Part shown: one piece after another, positions 8,885-15,795 of the stretch | Layout of the letters: each line of letters begins with the position of its first letter | Position numbering within the stretch: position 1 is the first letter of the stretch | From: Corynebacterium glutamicum ATCC 13032 | Lineage (GTDB): Bacteria > Actinomycetota > Actinomycetes > Mycobacteriales > Mycobacteriaceae | Assembly (NCBI RefSeq): GCF_000011325.1 | Contig: NC_003450.3 | Span: forward strand, 1,500,001 to 1,532,000 | Length of the DNA stretch: 32,000 nucleotides | Reading direction: 5' to 3' | Notes under the pieces: model-generated | What the model was told of the DNA's origin: nothing | What the model saw: only the letters and a program-made list of their open reading frames with translations | The model's database searches: none | Translations under genes and position numbers: made by a program

Positions 8885-10369
8885 ATGCCGGCGTTGGATG
8901 CCAAATTATGGACTCTCAAAGTGGCGTTGTCGCAGCGGCCGTGGAGCTTTGTGGCGTCTGCTGGCATGGCGGCGTCTTTTATCTGCAATGGGTTAACGCC
9001 TGTGATTGTGGGTAAGGCGGTGGATGAGGCTATTGGCACGAGCGATCTGCAGCGATTGTGGTTCTGGATTGCCATGTTGGCGGTTCTTTTCTTAACGGCG
9101 ATGACGGTGAACTGGATTGCTCGGTACATGTTGGTGCGGAGCCAGCAGTTGGTCAGCCATGATTTGCGCATGTTGGTGACTGATCGGATTCAAGATCCGC
9201 GTGGTTTTGCTGGAAAAGAGCGCACTGCGGGTGGATTGTTGTCGATTGCGTCATCGGATACGCAGCGGGTGGGCGATATCGTCATGATGACGGTGTTCCC
9301 GGTGGCGGAATTGGCGTCGATTATTTATGGCGCCGTGGTGATGTACAGCATTAATCCGTGGTTGAGTGTGGCTGTGCTGATTGGTGGACCGCTGCTGGTT
9401 GTGGTGGCTATTCAGGTCTCAAAGCCGTTGCAGAAGCGTTCGGGTGCTCGTCAGCAGGCGGTGGCACAGGCTGCGGCTACTGCAACTGATGTGGTGCAGG
9501 GCTTGAGAATTTTGAAGGGTTTGGGCGCGATTGTCACGGTGCGCCGTCGGTACGAGGCGATTTCTGGTGAGGCTTATCGGAAGACGGTTCATGCGGATGC
9601 TGCGGAAGCTCGCTTGAATGGTGTCACCGATGCGGCGGGCGCCATCTTTGTGTCCGCGTTGGGTATTGGAGCAGGATTTTTGGCGCTGCAAGGTCAGATG
9701 AGTATTGGTGATTTGATCACGGTTGTGGGACTCACACAGTTTTTGATCATGCCGATGACCATGCTTGGTCGAAATGTGGCATCGCGCTGGGCATCGGCGG
9801 AGGCGTCGGCAAAGCGTATTAGGGGAGTGCTCGGTGCTGATTTTGAGAGAGTGTCTGCGCATGATGCGGACAAGGCTGAGGAGATTATCCAACAACTTGC
9901 CAAAGGTTTGACGGTTATTCGAGGCACTGATGAGCAGCTCGTTGAGGTATTAGAGCAGTTGCCACGTACTCGGGTGATTGTGGCTCCTCATGCGGCGGAT
10001 CTTTTTGATCAAAGTGTCAGGGACAATGTGCATCCCGTGGCAGAGGTCGCGGAGAAAGCCATTGAAGTTGCCTCCTGTGACGATATTCCAGGTGGTAGTT
10101 CCAAGATTGTGGGCGAGGGTGGACGGTTGCTCTCGGGTGGTCAGCGTCAGCGCGTTGCACTGGCTCGGGCGATTGCTTTTGATCCAGAGGTGTTGGTGCT
10201 TCAAGATCCCACAACGGCAGTGGATTCTGTGACGGAGCAAAACATTGCTCAGCAAGTGGCAGCACACCGTGCAGGAAAAGTGACCATTGTGTTTAGTGAG
10301 GCACCCGCGTGGAGTGCGGTGGCTGATCAACACGTTGAGGCAGCTGCTTTGCGGGAGGTTATGAAATGA
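8885..10369 (+). CDS. ABC exporter subunit (TMD-NBD) with a degenerate nucleotide-binding domain
   Basis: Six-TM exporter-type N-terminal half. The NBD keeps the signature LSGGQRQRVALARA but has no Walker A (GLTVIRGTDEQLVEVLEQL occupies that position). The Q-loop is lost, Walker B reads VLVLQDP and the H-loop His is absent. The ORF-track start is a GTG at 8813; the ATG at 8885 is preferred. Confidence 0.85.
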   Translation: MPALDAKLWTLKVALSQRPWSFVASAGMAASFICNGLTPVIVGKAVDEAIGTSDLQRLWFWIAMLAVLFLTAMTVNWIARYMLVRSQQLVSHDLRMLVTDRIQDPRGFAGKERTAGGLLSIASSDTQRVGDIVMMTVFPVAELASIIYGAVVMYSINPWLSVAVLIGGPLLVVVAIQVSKPLQKRSGARQQAVAQAAATATDVVQGLRILKGLGAIVTVRRRYEAISGEAYRKTVHADAAEARLNGVTDAAGAIFVSALGIGAGFLALQGQMSIGDLITVVGLTQFLIMPMTMLGRNVASRWASAEASAKRIRGVLGADFERVSAHDADKAEEIIQQLAKGLTVIRGTDEQLVEVLEQLPRTRVIVAPHAADLFDQSVRDNVHPVAEVAEKAIEVASCDDIPGGSSKIVGEGGRLLSGGQRQRVALARAIAFDPEVLVLQDPTTAVDSVTEQNIAQQVAAHRAGKVTIVFSEAPAWSAVADQHVEAAALREVMK

Positions 10370-12135
10370 GTGGGGAGACGTCGAAAAGCATGCGCTTTCC
10401 GTTGGCCAGCCTGCCGCAAGTGCGGCGCGAGGTGGCCCGGCAGGTGGGTCGTATTCCGCGGGCGAAGTGGTGGTTTTTAGGCGCGCTGGTGTTGCTGAGT
10501 GCGGGCGCTTATGCGTCGGTGCTGGTGCCGCAGGTGCTGGGGCGGATTGTGGATCTGGTGTCCGATGGCGCGCAGATGCGTGATTTTGTTGAGCTCAGTG
10601 TGATTCTCATTGCGGTGGCAATTGCCGGCGCGGTGCTCAGTGCGTGCGGGTTCTATGTGGTGTCGCGGATTTCTGAGAAGATTATCGCCAATTTGAGGGA
10701 AGATATGGTGGGCACCGCGCTTGGGTTGCCCACGCACCAGGTGGAAGATGCGGGCTCTGGCGATTTGGTGAGCCGCTCCACCGATGATGTCTCCGAGCTA
10801 TCCGCAGCGGTGACAGAGACCGTCCCGATTTTAAGTTCCTCACTGTTTACCATTGCCGCGACGATCATTGCGCTGTTTTCTTTGGACTGGCAATTTGTGC
10901 TCATTCCTGTCGTGGTGGCGCCGGTGTACTACTTCGCGTCCAAGCACTATTTGAGCAAGGCGCCGGATCGGTATGCGGCAGAACGCGCGGCGATGGCGGA
11001 GCGTGCGCGAAAGGTACTTGAGGCTATTCGCGGGCGTGCAACTGTGCGGGCGTATTCCATGGAAGATGCCATGCATAATCAGATTGATCAGGCGTCGTGG
11101 TCTGTGGTGGTCAAGGGTATTCGTGCGCGCACCACCATGTTGATTTTGAACATGTGGATGCTGTTTGCGGAATTCCTCATGCTCGCGGTCGCGTTGGTGA
11201 TCGGCTACAAGCTGGTCATTGATGATGCGCTGACGATCGGCGCGGTTACCGGTGCCGTGCTGATGATTATTCGTCTGCGTGGCCCGATGAATATGTTCAT
11301 GCGCGTGCTCGACACCATTCAATCCGGCTATGCGTCGCTGGCGCGCATCGTGGGAGTTGTTGCGGATCCGCCGATTCCTGTGCCCGACAGCGGTGTGAAA
11401 GCACCTCAGGGCAAAGTGGAATTGCGCAACGTCAGCTTTAGCTATGGCGATTCCTGGGCGGTGAAAGACATCGACATCACGATCAATTCCGGCGAAACTG
11501 TCGCGCTCGTGGGCGCATCTGGCGCAGGTAAGACGACGGTCGCCGCCTTGCTGGCGGGCTTGCGGGTGCCAGATCAAGGGCAAGTGCTTGTCGACGACTT
11601 CCCCGTCTCTCACCTCTCTGACCGCGAGCGTATCGCCCGCTTGGCCATGGTCAGCCAGGAGGTTCATGTTTTCTCCGGCACGCTGCGCCAGGATCTCACC
11701 TTGGCTAAACCAGATGCCTCCGATGAGGAATTAGCGCATGCTCTTGGGCAAGTTAATGCCCTTGACTGGTTGGAGAGTCTTCCAGAAGGACTGGACACGG
11801 TCGTTGGTGCGCGAGGAATCCAGCTAGAACCAGTGGTGGCTCAGCAGTTGGCGTTGGCCCGGGTGTTGTTGCTCAATCCGGCGATCGTCATCATGGATGA
11901 AGCCACGGCAGAAGCAGGATCGGCGGGTGCCAGCGCACTGGAAGAGGCTGCAGATGCAGTGAGCAAGAACCGTTCCGCATTGGTGGTGGCGCACCGGTTG
12001 GATCAGGCATCGCGGGCTGATCAGATTCTGGTGATGGATAAGGGGGAGGTTGTGGAATCCGGTACTCACCAGGAGTTATTGGATCACGGGGGTATTTATC
12101 AGCGTCTGTGGACTGCGTGGAGTGTCGGAAGATAG
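10366..12135 (+). CDS. ABC exporter subunit (TMD-NBD) with consensus ATPase motifs but a degenerate signature
   Basis: Walker A GASGAGKTT, Q-loop VSQE, Walker B IVIMDEAT and H-loop VVAHRL are all present. LEPVVAQQ replaces the LSGGQ signature. The ATG overlaps the upstream stop (ATGA). Confidence 0.9.
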   Translation: MSGETSKSMRFPLASLPQVRREVARQVGRIPRAKWWFLGALVLLSAGAYASVLVPQVLGRIVDLVSDGAQMRDFVELSVILIAVAIAGAVLSACGFYVVSRISEKIIANLREDMVGTALGLPTHQVEDAGSGDLVSRSTDDVSELSAAVTETVPILSSSLFTIAATIIALFSLDWQFVLIPVVVAPVYYFASKHYLSKAPDRYAAERAAMAERARKVLEAIRGRATVRAYSMEDAMHNQIDQASWSVVVKGIRARTTMLILNMWMLFAEFLMLAVALVIGYKLVIDDALTIGAVTGAVLMIIRLRGPMNMFMRVLDTIQSGYASLARIVGVVADPPIPVPDSGVKAPQGKVELRNVSFSYGDSWAVKDIDITINSGETVALVGASGAGKTTVAALLAGLRVPDQGQVLVDDFPVSHLSDRERIARLAMVSQEVHVFSGTLRQDLTLAKPDASDEELAHALGQVNALDWLESLPEGLDTVVGARGIQLEPVVAQQLALARVLLLNPAIVIMDEATAEAGSAGASALEEAADAVSKNRSALVVAHRLDQASRADQILVMDKGEVVESGTHQELLDHGGIYQRLWTAWSVGR

Positions 12136-12140
12136 TTGAC

Positions 12141-12158
12141 TGTTCAATGCGTTGAACA
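12141..12158. promoter_or_regulatory. 18-bp inverted repeat TGTTCAATGCGTTGAACA, likely the MntR operator of the ZIP transporter gene
   Basis: Perfect 7-4-7 dyad ending 15 nt upstream of the zupT ATG. From memory, this matches the MntR binding motif reported for the C. glutamicum ZIP-family gene cg1623. Confidence 0.7.
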
Positions 12159-12173
12159 TTAGTATTCATCCCT

Positions 12174-12980
12174 ATGGATACCTCGACTGTGTTGTTCGCA
12201 TTTGGACTCACCCTATTTGCCGGTCTTGCCACCGGCATCGGCGGTCTCATCGCCGTAGCGCGCAAAACCGTCACCGAAGGATTCCTCGCAGGATCACTCG
12301 GCTTCTCTGTCGGCGTGATGCTGTACGTATCCTTTGTGGAAATTCTACCCGGCGCCTTTGATGAATTAACCAGTGTTTGGGGAGAAAAAGGCGGAAGTTG
12401 GGCCGCTGTTATCGGCTTCTTCGGTGGCATCGCGCTGATCGCCATCATCGACCGCTTAGTCCCCACGGCGATTAACCCCCACGAGCCCTCCACCGTGGGA
12501 GGCGCCGTTGAAGGATTCGAGCGCCGCAACCGCATGATGAAAATGGGTGTGCTCACTGCGCTGGCCATCGCGATCCACAACTTTCCCGAAGGTTTCGCTA
12601 CATTCTTGGCCGGATTGTCCGATCCAATGATCGCGATCCCTGTGGCCGTGGCAATTGCCATTCACAATATTCCAGAGGGCATTGCGGTGGCGGTGCCACT
12701 GAGGGAAGCTACAGGGTCACGTCGAAAAGCATTAGGTTGGGCGACCCTCTCCGGCCTTGCTGAGCCCGCCGGCGCCCTCATCGGATTCCTGCTGCTCATG
12801 CCCTTTATCGGACCAGAAGCACTCGGCCTGTGCTTCGCCGCAGTTGCCGGCGTGATGGTGTTCATCAGCGTCGATGAACTACTGCCCACTGCCATCTCCA
12901 GCGGCAAACACCACACCGCCATCTACGGACTCATCGCTGGCATGGCAGTCATGGCGATCAGCCTGCTGCTGTTTATCTAG
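12174..12980 (+). CDS. zupT: ZIP-family divalent metal transporter (ZupT-like)
   Basis: 268 aa and polytopic. The paired motifs AIAIHNFPEGFA and AIAIHNIPEGIAV are typical of ZupT/ZIP permeases. Confidence 0.9.
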   Translation: MDTSTVLFAFGLTLFAGLATGIGGLIAVARKTVTEGFLAGSLGFSVGVMLYVSFVEILPGAFDELTSVWGEKGGSWAAVIGFFGGIALIAIIDRLVPTAINPHEPSTVGGAVEGFERRNRMMKMGVLTALAIAIHNFPEGFATFLAGLSDPMIAIPVAVAIAIHNIPEGIAVAVPLREATGSRRKALGWATLSGLAEPAGALIGFLLLMPFIGPEALGLCFAAVAGVMVFISVDELLPTAISSGKHHTAIYGLIAGMAVMAISLLLFI

Positions 12981-14527
12981 CGTTCAGCCGCAACAAGCAT
13001 CCGGTCAATGTTGGTCAACACCTCATCAACATAGGCCGGATTAACGCCGCGCTCCCGCCGCGCCTTCAACAGCTCCTCCTGGGCCGCCTTAATTGCCCCG
13101 ACACGCGCATGATGCGCGCGCTGATGCAGCTTATCGACGTTCTCCTGCAGTTCATCAGCGTCAATTTCTTGCGAGAACCAATTCTTGATCGCCACCATCT
13201 GCTCCATCGGCAACTCCGTGGTATCCACCAAATACGTTGTTGCGGCCTTGTGAGCCCTCTCTGTCAGCGCGGCGATACTCTCATCGCCCGCAGCATCGGG
13301 ACCCTTATCCAAGCTGAGCTTCCGCATCAGCCACGGCAACGTCAAACCAGGGCCCACCATGGTGATTAAGAGAACGACCAGCGCAATGACCTGCAACTCG
13401 TGGTGATACGGGAAAATATCCTCCGGAATAGACAGCACCAGCGCCAACGTCACCAAACCGCGCATGCCCGCCCACGTCATCAGCAACGATTCCTGCAGTC
13501 GAAGAGGCGCCCGCAATGAACTATTGGTCGCACCCTTCTTATCGATCTTGAAACGATTGCGCTTATACGCCGCGAACATCCACACACCACGGACAACGAT
13601 CGCCACCACCGAGAGCACAATGCCCACGACCACGGCATGCCACAGCTCAGATCCAACTTCATCAATCGCAGCGCGCACATTCAGGCCGATCAAACCAAAG
13701 GCAACGCCAGTAAACAGCACCTCAATGGTTCCCCAGAACGCAGAACCCGTTAGACGATCCTCCGCACCAATCGACGCCCTCGAATTCATCTCCACTGCAG
13801 CGATCACAATGGCGATAACGCCCGAACCGCCGATTTCTTCCGCCACCACATAAATGGCAAACGGCAGCACCCACGTAAACGCATTTCGAGCCTCAACGGA
13901 ACTCACGTGATCGGTAAACCACGCAGCCGCCCGGCCAATAACCAAGCCCAAAATAACGGCAGCAAGACACGACCACAAGAATTCCAAAACACCCGTTGAC
14001 CAGGACAAATCCTCACCAGCGACCAGGGCAGCTAAAGCCACATGGAACGCCACGATGCTGGCTGCATCATTAAACAGACCCTCCGTCTGCAAAGTGGTGG
14101 TGATGCGCTTCGGGATTCCCGCAGGTTCCGCCACTGCATCAACAGCAACAGGATCCGGTGGAGCAATAGCCGCAGCCAACATGATCGCACCAGCAAGACC
14201 AATGCCAGGAAGCAACAGCATGGATGCACCCGTGAGTGCCGCGATGGTCACGAACACCAACAACACCGACATCGTGATGATGGTAGACATCTGCGACCTA
14301 ATCACCGCCCACGATGACTTCCTCGCCAGCGCCCACAGCAGCGGCGGAATGAAAATAGGCAACATCAGATCGGCCGGGATAGTAAATTCCGGCAAAAATG
14401 GCAACAACGCTCCACCTGCGGCGACAATAGTCATCAAAGCAGGCCAGGGGAGTCCGGTTTTATCGCCGATGGCCACCACAATCACGGTGGCGAGCAGCAA
14501 TGTAATGAGCATGAACAATATCGTCAT
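12977..14527 (-). CDS. Na+/H+ (cation:proton) antiporter, CPA1/NhaP type, with a cytoplasmic C-terminal domain
   Basis: 516 aa, of which ~400 aa are polytopic (TEGLFNDAASIVAF, AGMRGLVTLALV), followed by a soluble helical tail. The stop codon overlaps the zupT stop inside CTAG. Confidence 0.88.
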   Translation of the reverse strand: MTILFMLITLLLATVIVVAIGDKTGLPWPALMTIVAAGGALLPFLPEFTIPADLMLPIFIPPLLWALARKSSWAVIRSQMSTIITMSVLLVFVTIAALTGASMLLLPGIGLAGAIMLAAAIAPPDPVAVDAVAEPAGIPKRITTTLQTEGLFNDAASIVAFHVALAALVAGEDLSWSTGVLEFLWSCLAAVILGLVIGRAAAWFTDHVSSVEARNAFTWVLPFAIYVVAEEIGGSGVIAIVIAAVEMNSRASIGAEDRLTGSAFWGTIEVLFTGVAFGLIGLNVRAAIDEVGSELWHAVVVGIVLSVVAIVVRGVWMFAAYKRNRFKIDKKGATNSSLRAPLRLQESLLMTWAGMRGLVTLALVLSIPEDIFPYHHELQVIALVVLLITMVGPGLTLPWLMRKLSLDKGPDAAGDESIAALTERAHKAATTYLVDTTELPMEQMVAIKNWFSQEIDADELQENVDKLHQRAHHARVGAIKAAQEELLKARRERGVNPAYVDEVLTNIDRMLVAAER

Positions 14528-14544
14528 GAATAAGGTCTCTTCGG

Positions 14545-14576
14545 GTCAGGTCTGTCAGGTTTGTCAGTTTTTCAGT
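14545..14576. repeat. Phased direct repeats: GTCAG at exact 9-bp spacing (14545, 14554, 14563) plus a partial copy at 14572
   Basis: The stretch reads GGTCAGGTCTGTCAGGTTTGTCAGTTTTTCAGT. On the minus strand this gives CTGAC(A) x3-4, 18-50 nt upstream of the antiporter ATG. Confidence 0.5.
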
Positions 14577-14888
14577 AAACAGTTCCTATTTTTCCCTGAT
14601 TATGCTGCTGCATGGGAGAGCGCACACCAATTGAAAGCAACTTCACAGGAAGTGTTCAGTTGTGAGTTTTTGGGGTGTCGTGTGGCGCCCGTTTAAGGGG
14701 TCGAATTTCTGCAATGGGTTCGAGTGTGGGTGCGCTCTGTTCAGGCATTTGTAGGCGATTCTGGAGCGTCGATTTTTTCGGGTTCGGGGTGGCATTTTTA
14801 GACGAGTGGAGCCATGTGTCCGTTTGAGACCAAGGAACGAGTTTCGCCCTGTCTGTTTGGTTTAATACGCACGTTTTGACGCGCAAGA

Positions 14889-14947
14889 ACTGCAGATCGA
14901 GACCAAAGAGAGGTAGATTTTTGAGGTCTTTGGTCTCGATCTGCAGT
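14889..14947. repeat. 21-bp perfect inverted repeat (hairpin with 17-nt loop), possible terminator of the 62-aa ORF
   Basis: actgcagatcgagaccaaaga (14889-14909) is the exact reverse complement of tctttggtctcgatctgcagt (14927-14947). The flanks are only weakly T-rich on either strand. Confidence 0.6.
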
Positions 14948-14970
14948 CTTTGATTTTGCCCTAGCCAGAT

Positions 14971-15159
14971 CTACTTTTCAGCCGTGATCTTGATGGTTCC
15001 TACCTCTGCGTCATAGGTTGAGTTCATCAACGCATGTTCCGCCTCGGCCGAAAGATCCATTTGGGATAGCGCACCTGCCCAATATCTTAAAATCCGTCCC
15101 GCTTCACCGGCAGGATCATCCGCAATAGCATCAAGATCGATATCAATGGTGAGTTTCAT
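14971..15159 (-). CDS. Hypothetical small acidic protein (62 aa)
   Basis: The ORF is MKLTIDIDLDAIADDPAGEAGRILRYWAGALSQMDLSAEAEHALMNSTYDAEVGTIKITAEK. I recognise no family. The SD is weak (GGA) and several codons I judge rare (TTA, AGA, CTA, CGG) occur. The tRNA terminator ends only ~20 nt upstream of the ATG. Confidence 0.4.
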   Translation of the reverse strand: MKLTIDIDLDAIADDPAGEAGRILRYWAGALSQMDLSAEAEHALMNSTYDAEVGTIKITAEK

Positions 15160-15180
15160 GTTTTATCCAGCCTGACAAAT

Positions 15181-15218
15181 AGAGAAAACCTAGGGGAGAA
15201 AATACATCCTCACCTAGG
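15181..15218 (-). terminator. Intrinsic terminator of tRNA-Pro
   Basis: On the minus strand, cctaggtgag and ctcccctagg form a 10-bp stem with one mismatch (15218-15189), followed by TTTTCTCT (15188-15181). Confidence 0.6.
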
Positions 15219-15225
15219 CTAATTG

Positions 15226-15299
15226 TCGGACTAACAGGATTTGAACCTGCGACCCCTACACCCCCAGTGTAGTGCGCTACCAAGCTGCGCCATAGTCCG
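15226..15299 (-). tRNA. tRNA-Pro, anticodon GGG
   Basis: Hand-folded 74-nt cloverleaf: acceptor CGGACTA/TAGTCCG, D arm GCGC-AGCTTGGTA-GCGC, anticodon arm CTACA-CTGGGGG-TGTAG, T arm GCAGG-TTCAAAT-CCTGT, discriminator A. CCA is not encoded. Confidence 0.93.
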
Positions 15300-15404
15300 C
15301 CGTTGTGTTCTTAACCCTCGGGCTGAGCCAACGTGAATAGGTTACATCAGTGTGATCTGGAAAGTGAAATCCGCTGGTCATAACCTATTGCACGTGTGGG
15401 GAAA

Positions 15405-15794
15405 CTAGTCGACATCTCCTGTGGAATAGACCCACGCGCCGTTGACCTTGCGGAATGTGGAGTCTTCTTCTTGGACGCCGGAGGCGAGCCCCTTGTAGAA
15501 GGCTTGGAATTTTACGGTGCCGGTGGAATCGAAGGGTCCACCGCCGGTGGTCTCGAGGATGTCGAGGCGGTAGAAATCAATTCCCATATCGAGGCCGAGT
15601 TCGCTTGGCCGGGTTTCTGGATCCCAAGTGTCAAGAAGGTACTGGGAATTTCCAACAGCAAAGGCGGTGAACCGAGATCGCATGAGCGCTTCAGCGGTGG
15701 GGGCCACCCATTCGCCGGAGTGAAAGCGGTAGCAGCACTCACCGTAGGTAAGGCCAGTTCCGCAGGGGCAGCGTTTACCCAACTCAAAATCCAC
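15405..15794 (-). CDS. YchJ-family (UPF0225) protein with an N-terminal SEC-C zinc-binding motif
   Basis: 129 aa with CPCGTGLTYGECC at the N-terminus, followed by an NTF2-like body. The start lies 1 nt after the upstream stop. Confidence 0.85.
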   Translation of the reverse strand: MDFELGKRCPCGTGLTYGECCYRFHSGEWVAPTAEALMRSRFTAFAVGNSQYLLDTWDPETRPSELGLDMGIDFYRLDILETTGGGPFDSTGTVKFQAFYKGLASGVQEEDSTFRKVNGAWVYSTGDVD

Positions 15795-15795
15795 G

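Noticed and set aside
10840-11667. 275-aa minus-strand ORF inside the second ABC gene
   Set aside because: It is antisense to a CDS with unmistakable ABC motifs. The translation is His/Arg/Gln-rich and of low complexity, as expected for a stop-free antisense frame in GC-rich DNA.
11891-12661. 256-aa minus-strand ORF spanning the ABC gene end, the MntR box and the zupT start
   Set aside because: It runs antisense across two well-supported genes and an intergenic operator. The Pro/Ala/Ser-rich translation has no recognisable domain.
14055-14696. 213-aa plus-strand ORF overlapping the antiporter
   Set aside because: It is antisense to a polytopic transporter CDS, the sequence is low-complexity Ala/Ser/Thr-rich, and it extends into non-coding DNA.
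14656-14886. 76-aa minus-strand ORF in the long spacer
   Set aside because: The sequence is Pro/Thr/Lys/Gln-rich with no hydrophobic core, no SD and no recognisable family. I treat it as non-coding; the region itself is reported as a finding.
14528-15299. Possible integrated element or genomic island at the 3' end of tRNA-Pro
   Set aside because: I saw no integrase, no phage or IS genes, and no direct repeat of the tRNA 3' end in the flanking sequence. Only a weak scar hypothesis remains, and it is covered in the findings.
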